A stretch of DNA of 24,000 bases from an uncultured Thermoanaerobacteraceae bacterium (GTDB lineage Bacteria > Bacillota > JADQBR01). The DNA is taken from NCBI GenBank assembly GCA_964529795.1, contig CAZGXM010000002.1, positions 1 to 24,000 on the forward strand, given 5' to 3'. Below the pieces are notes generated by a model, which had not been told where the DNA came from, made no database searches, and was given only the letters and a program-made list of their open reading frames with translations. Below, piece by piece: positions 1 to 7,982 of the stretch; the first letter of the stretch is position 1, and the number at the start of each line of letters is the position of its first letter. The position numbers and the translations under genes were made by a program.

Positions 1-124
1 TTTTTTAGTCTATACAATTATTAGCCTCAAACCCATATTTCTCAATACTTTTAGGGTTAGCTTAGTAAAGTCACGTTAGGTGAAGCAGAACCACTTGAAG
101 AGGAAACTGAATAGTGTAAATAAA

Positions 125-149
125 CAACCGCCCTTTCCGAAAGGGCGGT
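125..149. terminator. GC-rich hairpin in the non-coding left edge
   Basis: AACCGCCCTTT (125-135) is perfectly complementary to AAAGGGCGGTT (139-149). The flanks are A-rich on the left and not T-rich on the right, so the orientation is ambiguous. All frames of 1-375 are closed by stops. Confidence 0.35.
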
Positions 150-180
150 TATGATGACGAACTAGTTGCGAGTTTCATTT

Positions 181-236
181 CGGTATCCTAAAATCCGTCT
201 CATTCTGGGAAAATTTTGGGATACCGTTATTATTAT
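181..236 (+). repeat. 14-bp imperfect inverted repeat followed by a T-rich run (hairpin or operator upstream of the lipoate operon)
   Basis: CGGTATCCTAAAAT (181-194) pairs with ATTTTGGGATACCG (213-226) with one mismatch, across an 18-nt spacer. TTATTATTAT follows. Confidence 0.35.
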
Positions 237-375
237 CAAGATGATTTAGCGGATAAGACAGACATAGTAAAATGGTACCTGCCGCTTTCATAAATTTATG
301 GATACAATTATCCCAATGACCTTAAAAGTGAAAAACAAAAATATAGTATAATAACATGAAGGAGGTGCTCGTGAA

Positions 376-1965
376 GTGGAAACTTGGCGTTTGCTTGATA
401 CGGGGATAAAAACTGCAGCAGAAAATATGGCATTAGATGAAGTGGTCTTAACCGCTAAAGGGAAGGGCTGGACACCTAATACGCTTAGGTTTCTGCAGTT
501 TAGTCCTCCTTGTGTCTTGGTTGGCTATCATCAAAGTATTGAGCAGGAGATTCGCATTGATTACTGCAGGGACAATGGTATAGATATCAATCGTCGTATT
601 ACCGGCGGCGGGGGATTGTACTGGGATGAAACCCAGCTTGGCTGGGAGATATTTGCTGATAAGAATCATCCTGCCATTCCCAATAAAATAGAGGAGTTGT
701 ATGAAAAGCTCAGCAATGCAGTAATTTTTGCATTGGGTGAGTTTGGCCTAAAGGCCAAGTTTAGGTACAGGAATGACATTGAAATAAACCACCGGAAAAT
801 TTCAGGTACCGGGGGGACTGAATTAGATAATGCGTTTTTATTTCAAGGGACTCTCCTGGTGGATTTTGATGTGGATACAATGTTAAGGGCATTAAGGATA
901 CCTACGGAAAAACTAAAGGATAAGGAAATAGAGTCGGTAAAAGAGCGGGTTACCTGTTTGAAATGGGAATTGGGCTATACCCCGGCCATTGAGGATATTA
1001 AGACGGCTATCGTAAAAGGATTCTCCCACGAGTTGGGAGTTAAATTCACTGAAGGGGTCTTATCCCAGAAAGAGGAAAAGCTGTTAGTTGAGACTATACC
1101 GAAATTTAAATCAGTAAAATGGGTGGATAATATACGCCGGTCGCCGCTGCAGCGTCAGGAGTTAAAGTCTCTTTATAAAAATGAAGGCGGCCTCATCAGG
1201 ACATCTGTCATTTTAGACGGCTATACAGAAAGAATCCTGACTATTTTAATTACCGGTGATTTTTTTGTTTACCCGAAAAACGCCATCTTTGATTTGGAAA
1301 ATTTACTGCGAGACGTCCCGGCTGATTTTAATCAAATACTCAGCATAATTAGTAGGTTTTTTGGAGAAAAACAGGTCAAGATTCCGGGCCTTACCCCGAA
1401 AGATTTTACCATTGCCATATGGGATGCTGTTAAAAAGAAGGATTTACTGGACCACGGAATTGGCTTAAAGGATATTAACTCAGTTTATATGGTGGGGGGA
1501 GATTTTGAGCAGGTGGAAAACGCCACGGTGCTGCTTCTTCCCTACTGCGCCAAAAAAGTGAGCTGTAAATATCGCTTTTGGGAAGGATGTGTACAGTGCG
1601 GAGGTTGTACCATCGGGCCGGCTTTTAAACTGGCGCTGGATTATGGGCTGCAGCCCGTTACCATTCAGAATTATGAAATGCTGGAAGAAACCCTTAAGGA
1701 CCTTCAGAAAAGGGGAGTTCAGTCCTTTGTCGGGACGTGCTGTGAAGCGTTTTATGCCAAACATAAGGATGATTTTGAACGTATCGGCCTGCCGGGGGTG
1801 CTGGTGGATGTAAAAAACTCTACCTGTTACGACCTGGGCAAGGAAAAAGAAGCCAAAGAAGGCATGTTTGAAAATCAGACCGAGTTAAAGTTGGACTTAC
1901 TTAAACAAATTGTTGATTTAAAAGCAAGCCGGGTAAATAGTTCCATGGTTGGTGGTAATCAATGA
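376..1965 (+). CDS. lplA: Lipoate-protein ligase (LplA catalytic and C-terminal domains) fused to a C-terminal Cys-rich DUF116-like domain
   Basis: GTG start 10 nt after GGAGG (361-365). Residues 1-250 show ligase motifs: ENMALDE, RRITGGGGLYWD and the catalytic Lys in HRKISGTGG (K141). Residues 255-350 resemble the LplA C-terminal domain (ITGDFFVYP). Residues 384-490 carry LLLPYCAKKVSC...CVQCGGC...GTCCE...NSTC, the DUF116 pattern as I remember it. Confidence 0.85.
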   Translation: METWRLLDTGIKTAAENMALDEVVLTAKGKGWTPNTLRFLQFSPPCVLVGYHQSIEQEIRIDYCRDNGIDINRRITGGGGLYWDETQLGWEIFADKNHPAIPNKIEELYEKLSNAVIFALGEFGLKAKFRYRNDIEINHRKISGTGGTELDNAFLFQGTLLVDFDVDTMLRALRIPTEKLKDKEIESVKERVTCLKWELGYTPAIEDIKTAIVKGFSHELGVKFTEGVLSQKEEKLLVETIPKFKSVKWVDNIRRSPLQRQELKSLYKNEGGLIRTSVILDGYTERILTILITGDFFVYPKNAIFDLENLLRDVPADFNQILSIISRFFGEKQVKIPGLTPKDFTIAIWDAVKKKDLLDHGIGLKDINSVYMVGGDFEQVENATVLLLPYCAKKVSCKYRFWEGCVQCGGCTIGPAFKLALDYGLQPVTIQNYEMLEETLKDLQKRGVQSFVGTCCEAFYAKHKDDFERIGLPGVLVDVKNSTCYDLGKEKEAKEGMFENQTELKLDLLKQIVDLKASRVNSSMVGGNQ

Positions 1966-3035
1966 GAGCGGATATTAGAGAGTACGATGCGGTTATCATC
2001 GGTGCAGGTCCTGCAGGGGCGGCAGCGGCGAAAGAGTTGGCGGGCAGCGGGTTTTCCGCGGCTCTTTTGGAGAAAAGAAGACAAATCGGCATACCGGTCA
2101 GATGTGCCGAGTTTGTCCCCCGTTTTTTAAACAGTTACTATGATATACCGCCTTTTGTCATTGCCCAACAGATTAACCATATGGAGACACATTTGCCGGA
2201 TAAAAGCAAAGAAGTGACCCCTGCTCCCGGTTATGTTGTGCACCGGGTGCTGTTTGATAAATATTTGGTTGCCCAGGCGGTTGAAGCGGGCGCCGTGCTG
2301 TATTTAGGCACTAAAGCGGTGAAAATCCATAATAATGAAGTGGTTGCTGTGCAAGGTGACAGTAACATAGTCTTTCATACAAAAATAATTGTCGGCGCCG
2401 ATGGCCCCAATTCTATGCTTAGAAAGGTTGTGGGGATTAAGAAACCGCCCATGGCCCGTGCTCTCCAGGCTGAGGTAGTACTGGAAAGGGAGCAATCAAC
2501 TACTCAAATAGTGTTTCACCCCAGCATTTACGGGGGTTATGCCTGGTTTTTCCCCAAAGGCAAGACTGCCAATGTAGGTTTGGGCATGATTAACCAGGGA
2601 GGAGACTCGGTGAAAAAAGCCTGGCAGAGGTTATTTAGCCTTTTTAATATTGAGTCCACTATCGGTTATACAGGCGGGCAAGTTCCTGTTGGCGGTACGG
2701 TAAAACAGCTGGTAAAAGATAATATGCTGTTGGCAGGTGACGCCGCAGGACTGACTCATCCTATTACCGGTGCCGGTATCAGTAATGCGGTGATTAGCGG
2801 TAAGATGGCCGGTGCAGCGGCTGCCGATGCCCTGTCTTCGGGAGATTATACTTACCTAAGCAATTATGAGGAAGATATTGAAGACCTTTTCGGTAATAGT
2901 TTAAGGCTAGCCGCGGCAAATAGAAAATACCAGGAAGAAAATTGGAGTGATGATCCGGAAGTCCTCAGCGGTGTGATTAAAAAGACATGGGTTGCCTTTC
3001 AAGAATATGGTGCAAATAAACAGGGGGGAGTTTAA
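1962..3035 (+). CDS. lipT: FAD-dependent oxidoreductase, geranylgeranyl reductase family (LipT-like electron donor of the LipS pathway)
   Basis: ATGA start/stop overlap with the ligase gene (1962-1965). It has the N-terminal dinucleotide fold YDAVIIGAGPAGAAAAKELA and the GDAAG motif (LLAGDAAGLTHPITGAGI). It lies between a lipoate ligase and two radical SAM genes. Confidence 0.8.
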   Translation: MRADIREYDAVIIGAGPAGAAAAKELAGSGFSAALLEKRRQIGIPVRCAEFVPRFLNSYYDIPPFVIAQQINHMETHLPDKSKEVTPAPGYVVHRVLFDKYLVAQAVEAGAVLYLGTKAVKIHNNEVVAVQGDSNIVFHTKIIVGADGPNSMLRKVVGIKKPPMARALQAEVVLEREQSTTQIVFHPSIYGGYAWFFPKGKTANVGLGMINQGGDSVKKAWQRLFSLFNIESTIGYTGGQVPVGGTVKQLVKDNMLLAGDAAGLTHPITGAGISNAVISGKMAGAAAADALSSGDYTYLSNYEEDIEDLFGNSLRLAAANRKYQEENWSDDPEVLSGVIKKTWVAFQEYGANKQGGV

Positions 3036-3036
3036 A

Positions 3037-4095
3037 TTGAATAATTTAGCAGCCAAAACAACGGATAATCAAAATATGGAAAGTCCTGATTATGCCCAAA
3101 CCAGTCTGGCAGCAAGTCTGACTTTGGGATTCGAGAGGGGATTGTTTCACCGCAACGCGACTCTAAAAGGTCTTAATCTCTTGGTAACCTACAATAACAA
3201 GTGTGCCGGGAACTGCAGTTACTGCGGCTTATCGAGAACCAGGGACCTCACTGAAAGTGAAACATTTATTCGTGTCAGTTGGCCTACTTATGCTGTGGAT
3301 GACATGATTCATGCTGTAAAGGAAAAGCAGCATGAACTGCAGCGTGTATGTGTAGGCATGATAACCCATAAAAAAGCTGTGGCGGACAGCATTGCCATCA
3401 TCAAACGATTTAAAAAAGAGACCGATTTATTAATTAGTGCGCTGGTCTCTCCCACTGTCATGAAAAGGGGGGACCTAAGCCGGATAAAAGAAGCGGGAGC
3501 TGATATGTGCGGAATTGCCGTTGATGCGGCTACTGAAGAATTATTTGATAAATTTCGGGGCCGGTCGGTGTCCGGTCCCCATCGCTGGTCAGCGTTCTGG
3601 GATGCCGTAGAAGAGGCGGCGGCCGTGTTTGGGCGGTATAAAGCAGGAGTACATTTAATTGTAGGATTAGGGGAAACCGAAAAGGAAATGGTAGATACGA
3701 TACAAAGGGCCCATGACTTAGGAGCCATAACACATTTATTCAGCTTTTTTCCTGAAGCGGGGAGTAAAATGGAGAACTGGCCCCAACCTGATTTGGGCCA
3801 CTATCGGCGTATCCAATTGGCCAGATATGTAATTAATAATAACTTAGGTACAGCAGCGGAGATACAGTTTAACGGCGACGGGCAGTTAACTGATTTCGGG
3901 CAGGATTTGGATAAGTTTTTTGCGGACGGGGAAGCATTTATGACTTCAGGCTGCGCAGGAAAAGACGATAAAGTAGCCTGCAACCGACCTTTCGGTAACG
4001 AGCGTCCTTCAAAGCCTATTAGAAACTTTCCCTTTATGCCAACGCCTCAGGATTTAAAATTAATAAGAAAACAATTATGGCAGGGTCTAAAATGA
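3037..4095 (+). CDS. Radical SAM protein, biotin-synthase-like, LipS1/LipS2-type lipoyl synthase component
   Basis: CxxxCxxC motif CAGNCSYC. I prefer a TTG start at 3037, 6 nt after GGGGGAG and 1 nt after the upstream stop. The track ORF starts at 2992 and would overlap lipT by 44 nt; ATG 3007 is another option. I cannot tell LipS1 from LipS2 by eye. Confidence 0.75.
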   Translation: MNNLAAKTTDNQNMESPDYAQTSLAASLTLGFERGLFHRNATLKGLNLLVTYNNKCAGNCSYCGLSRTRDLTESETFIRVSWPTYAVDDMIHAVKEKQHELQRVCVGMITHKKAVADSIAIIKRFKKETDLLISALVSPTVMKRGDLSRIKEAGADMCGIAVDAATEELFDKFRGRSVSGPHRWSAFWDAVEEAAAVFGRYKAGVHLIVGLGETEKEMVDTIQRAHDLGAITHLFSFFPEAGSKMENWPQPDLGHYRRIQLARYVINNNLGTAAEIQFNGDGQLTDFGQDLDKFFADGEAFMTSGCAGKDDKVACNRPFGNERPSKPIRNFPFMPTPQDLKLIRKQLWQGLK

Positions 4096-5078
4096 GTGCA
4101 ACTGAGAGGGCGGTTACACGAGATATAATAAAAGATGCCTATCAAAATTCTTTGAATCACCTGCTGGAAGAGGCGTGGCAGGTCAGGACGGAATACCATG
4201 ATAATACCTTGGCTTTTGCGGCACCCAGTCCCAAGTTTTATGAAACTGATGATTATAAAAATAACAGGACGGCATTTATTAATGTTTCCGTTACAGGGAC
4301 TAAATGTGCACTGCGCTGCGAACATTGTAAGGGTGAACTGTTAAAATCCATGCATTCAGCAACTGATTCTAAAGAGTTAGTCAGTTTAGGTGAAAGATTC
4401 CTTAAAAAAGGCTGCCAAGGTGTCTTGATCAGCGGGGGAGCCGATGCTAACGGTGAAGTCCCGCTTAAAAACATGGCGGCAGGTATAAAACAACTAAAGC
4501 AGCTGGGTTTGAAAGTAATCGTGCATACAGGGTTGATTACAGAGGAAACGGCACTTATCTTAAAAGAATGTGGAGTGGATCAGGTTTTAACTGATGTAAT
4601 TGGGGATAGGCAGACTGCTAAAGAAGTGTATCATTTGGACAAAACCCCGGAACAGTTTGGAAATGCTTTGAAGATAATGGGTGACGCCGGTTTAAATATT
4701 GCACCTCACATTGTTATTGGACTGGATTATGGCCGTATTGTGGGTGAATTGGAGGCGTTATACCAGGTGATAAGGGCCGATGCCCCGGCAATTGTCTTTG
4801 TAATATTAAATCCATTACCCGATACCCCCATGTTTGGTGTAAAGAGTGCTCCGGCGGATAAAATTGGGAAAATAATTGCTTTAGCCCGTATCTTCAGTCC
4901 CAAAGCAAAAATAATGTTGGGATGTGCCAAACCGCCTAAAGATAAGATAGCCATTGAAACATTGGCACTGAATGCCGGTGTTAACGCAATCGCCTATCCT
5001 GCAGAAGAGACTGTATCTTTAGCCAAAGATAAGGGCTTGAAAACATTTTTTAGTCCTTTATGCTGCAGCTTGCTTTAA
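4092..5078 (+). CDS. Radical SAM protein, second LipS1/LipS2-type lipoyl synthase component
   Basis: CxxxCxxC motif CALRCEHC, followed by VLISGG. ATG 4092 forms an ATGA overlap with the upstream stop (4093-4095). ATG 4077 from the track is the alternative start. Confidence 0.75.
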   Translation: MSATERAVTRDIIKDAYQNSLNHLLEEAWQVRTEYHDNTLAFAAPSPKFYETDDYKNNRTAFINVSVTGTKCALRCEHCKGELLKSMHSATDSKELVSLGERFLKKGCQGVLISGGADANGEVPLKNMAAGIKQLKQLGLKVIVHTGLITEETALILKECGVDQVLTDVIGDRQTAKEVYHLDKTPEQFGNALKIMGDAGLNIAPHIVIGLDYGRIVGELEALYQVIRADAPAIVFVILNPLPDTPMFGVKSAPADKIGKIIALARIFSPKAKIMLGCAKPPKDKIAIETLALNAGVNAIAYPAEETVSLAKDKGLKTFFSPLCCSLL

Positions 5079-5749
5079 AACTTATGGCGCTGCTTCTTCT
5101 CAGGGCCAATGGGGTTATATGTGATGTTGACCCGCTGTTTGTAATTGACTTGAAAAACCCCGAAAATCCAAATATTTTGGGCAAGTTAAAAATCCCCGGT
5201 TATTCGGATTACCTCCATCCTTATGACAACAATCACATTATTGGTTTCGGAAAGGATACCGTCGAGGCTAAGGAGGGGGACTTTGCCTGGTATCAAGGGC
5301 TGAAAATTGCCATCTTTGATGTTATCGATGTAAACAACCCCAAGGAATTGTTTAAAGAAATTATCGGTGACCGCGGTACCGATTCTGAAATTCTGCGTAA
5401 TCACAAGGCACTGTTATTTGACAGGGAAAAAGGACTTTTAAGTTTTCCTGTTACGGTCATGAGGGTAAAAGAAAAAGGCCCGAATAATGCTTTCCGGTAT
5501 GGAGAGTTTTCTTTCCAGGGTGCCTACGTGTACCATGTTGACCTGGATAACGGTTTTTCCCTGAAAAAGAAAATTACCCATCTCACTGACGAGGATTATC
5601 TTAAGGCGGGCAGCTACTGGCACGCTCCGGGCAAAAGTATTGAAAGAATTCTTTATATCGGTGATAGACTCTACACCCTGTCAAAGGGTAAAATAAAAGT
5701 GTATGACCTGAATACGCTGGATGAAATCAAGAGCATTTCACTTCCATGA
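5060..5749 (+). pseudogene. 5'-truncated beta-propeller domain protein (only the C-terminal ~215 aa of a protein that is normally several hundred aa)
   Basis: VDPLFVIDLKNPENPNILGKLKIPGYSDYLHPYDNNHIIGFGKDT matches the C-terminal part of the secreted Beta_propel family. The frame opens only at 5054, just after an in-frame TAG. There is no signal peptide or N-terminal region, and the 5' end overlaps the 3' end of the preceding radical SAM gene. Confidence 0.6.
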
Positions 5750-5782
5750 ACATAAAAACTACAGAGAAAGGGGGGAATTGCT

Positions 5783-6562
5783 ATGAGTGAGGTTTTGCTT
5801 GTCGAAAAGCGGGATGCAGTTACTTATCTTACCTTGAACCGGCCGGAAAAATACAATGCTTTAGATCTTGAAATAACTGAAAAACTGTCATTGGCAGTTA
5901 AGGATTGTTTTGAGGATGATACAAGAGTCGTGGTAATCAGAGGTTCAGGAAAGGCATTTTGTTCCGGCGGCGACCTTTCCTACATGGTTTCACAACAATC
6001 AATTAAAGAAGCTTTGGGAAAACTTATCCAACTGCTGCACCGCCTGATGACTGACATTCGCCTGCTGCCGAAACCAGTGATAGCGGCAATTAACGGTACT
6101 GCGGCGGGAGCCGGGATGAGTCTGGCCTTGGCAGCCGATTTACGGATTGCTTCGGACAGGGCTAAATTTAAACAGGCGTATACCAGTAACGGGTTGGTTC
6201 CTGATGGGGGTTGGAGCTTGTGGGTGCCGGCGATCGTGGGCCTTTCCAAAGCCAGCGAACTGATTCTTTTGGACGAAGTGTTCGACGCCCGGCGCGCGCA
6301 TGAACTTGGTTTGGTCAATATGGTAGCTGCCGATAGCGATTTTTCGCTAAAGGTCGATGAAACCGCAAGGATGTTGGCAAAAGGGGCTACCAAAGCCTAC
6401 GGGGCGGCCAAAGCTTTACTAAACCAGTCGGCTTTACCCATGTTGGAGACACAGCTTGAGAAGGAACGCCAGGCGATGATAGCTATTGGGAGCACAAGGG
6501 ATGCAAAAGAAGGCATCAATGCTTTTCTGGAAAAAAGACTGCCCGAGTTTTGCGGTGAATAA
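5783..6562 (+). CDS. Enoyl-CoA hydratase/isomerase (crotonase) family protein
   Basis: RBS AAGGGGGG lies upstream. Crotonase motifs are present: LTLNRPEKYNAL, GSGKAFCSGGDL and INGTAAGAGMSLALAADLRIA. Confidence 0.85.
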   Translation: MSEVLLVEKRDAVTYLTLNRPEKYNALDLEITEKLSLAVKDCFEDDTRVVVIRGSGKAFCSGGDLSYMVSQQSIKEALGKLIQLLHRLMTDIRLLPKPVIAAINGTAAGAGMSLALAADLRIASDRAKFKQAYTSNGLVPDGGWSLWVPAIVGLSKASELILLDEVFDARRAHELGLVNMVAADSDFSLKVDETARMLAKGATKAYGAAKALLNQSALPMLETQLEKERQAMIAIGSTRDAKEGINAFLEKRLPEFCGE

Positions 6563-6619
6563 TCAAGCTTTTCTGGTACAGCCTGGCAGTACGTATCTCA
6601 CTGGGACATGAAACGGGAA

Positions 6620-6657
6620 GGGTTTCACTTTTGTTAAAAGAAGTGGAACCCTTTTTT
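6620..6657. terminator. Bidirectional rho-independent terminator between convergent genes
   Basis: GGGTTTCACTT (6620-6630) pairs with AAGTGGAACCC (6641-6651) including one G-U pair, followed by TTTTTT. It sits between the + gene ending at 6562 and the - gene ending at 6694. Confidence 0.7.
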
Positions 6658-6693
6658 AATGGCTTTGGCAAGTAAAATAGAAGATTTAGCAGG

Positions 6694-7326
6694 TCAGCAG
6701 CTGTCCCGTATTTTTGCGATGGGTCCTTCAGGATCGATTACATTTACCAGCAGCTGGTAGGGTACGGGGAACTGCGGCGGGCCCACAAAGTGGGGTGTAA
6801 ATACCAGTTCCTGAAAAAAGACAACTAAATCTTTATCAGTCAGGTAGAATTCCTGATTGTCGGTGATAGGCGGAACTTCATCGAAAGTGGGAATGTCTTT
6901 TTCCTCGATTTGTTCTTTGACAAAATTTTTGATTATGAGTCTGTAATCAGTACCTGCTTTAAACAGGTCATGAAACTCATATTGTTTGGCGTTGCTTAAA
7001 TTTACTGTTAAAGCTTTTAAGACCGTCGTCCCGTTGGCTGCCTTAAAAGGTATCAAAAATACTTCAATCGTCAAGCTTAAAATACCCTTGTCATTGAAAG
7101 TAATTTCATATCTTCCCGTAACTTTCACGGAACATCCATCCACGTCGGTAATATCTTGAGGTATTTGATTGAACACAACCTTTTCAATCATTTGGTTAAG
7201 CTTATTTTTCACTTTTTCATCAAAGCTTGGATAGATATCTTCAACTTGCGGGTAAATGAAATCGATACAGGGGGTTTCTATCTTTTTTTCAGTGATGCGT
7301 GCAAAAAAACGCTTCCGGCTGTACAT
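6694..7326 (-). CDS. DUF4163/DUF3298 (RsiV/PdaC-like) domain protein
   Basis: RBS GGGAGGG lies upstream on the minus strand. The pattern IYPQV...KVKNKLNQMI, then GRYEITFNDKGILSL...TVNLSNAKQYEFHDLF, fits the DUF4163 plus DUF3298 architecture. Confidence 0.6.
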   Translation of the reverse strand: MYSRKRFFARITEKKIETPCIDFIYPQVEDIYPSFDEKVKNKLNQMIEKVVFNQIPQDITDVDGCSVKVTGRYEITFNDKGILSLTIEVFLIPFKAANGTTVLKALTVNLSNAKQYEFHDLFKAGTDYRLIIKNFVKEQIEEKDIPTFDEVPPITDNQEFYLTDKDLVVFFQELVFTPHFVGPPQFPVPYQLLVNVIDPEGPIAKIRDSC

Positions 7327-7515
7327 TTAAAATTAACCCTCCCACTTAGGTTCTCTAATCTATGTTATTCATTTGCAAGACAAAATGTTTGTAATTTTGC
7401 ACTGCAGATTTAAAAAATCAGTGCCTCAGCGGGTAGGATATACGTTATTTGGGAAAGAAATATAGTTTTACGCTGAAAATCACTGTTCGAAAATTGTCTT
7501 TCAGGAGGTGTAAAA

Positions 7516-7926
7516 ATGACCGATCGACTGGTTGAAACCGGTATCAAGCGCATGGAAAAAGATGCTCTGGCCCGGTATTTGGGGATTGAACTGGAAGAAA
7601 TCAAGCCCGGTTGTGCACGGGCCACCATGAAAGTTAAACATGAGCTGTTAAATGGTGCCGGCGTTACACACGGCGGGGCAATATTCAGCCTGGCTGATGT
7701 GGCTTTTGCTGCTGCCAGCAATGCTCACGGACCGGTGGCACTGGCGTTAAACGTTAATATCAGCTTTTTAAAGGCCACTTTTTTGGAAGAAACCCTGACG
7801 GCTGAAGCCAAGGAAGAAAACCTCACGGCCAAAACCGGGGTTTATCGTATTGAAGTGAGAAATGACAGCGGGGAACTGGTGGCAGTGGCGGAGGGGTTGG
7901 TATACAGGAAGAACCGACACTTGTAG
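7516..7926 (+). CDS. PaaI-family hotdog-fold acyl-CoA thioesterase
   Basis: RBS AGGAGG precedes the start. LGIELEEIKPGCARATMKV...NGAGVTHGGAIFSLADVAFAAA is the typical PaaI/4HBT signature. Confidence 0.8.
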   Translation: MTDRLVETGIKRMEKDALARYLGIELEEIKPGCARATMKVKHELLNGAGVTHGGAIFSLADVAFAAASNAHGPVALALNVNISFLKATFLEETLTAEAKEENLTAKTGVYRIEVRNDSGELVAVAEGLVYRKNRHL

Positions 7927-7982
7927 TAAGAAGGAAAAAGTGTTTAAATATAGATAGATGACACGTGAGAAGGAGCAACTCT

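Noticed and set aside
175-291. 38-aa minus-strand small ORF (MKAAGTILLCLSYPLNHLDNNNGIPKFSQNETDFRIPK), followed by the 125-149 hairpin.
   Set aside because: It has no Shine-Dalgarno sequence upstream of its ATG. It also overlaps the 181-226 inverted repeat, so it is more likely non-coding.
7156-7721. ORFs at 7156-7413 (+) and 7410-7721 (-) in and around the intergenic region between the DUF3298 gene and the PaaI gene.
   Set aside because: One is antisense to the DUF3298 gene and the other is antisense to the PaaI gene start. Neither has an RBS or recognisable motifs.
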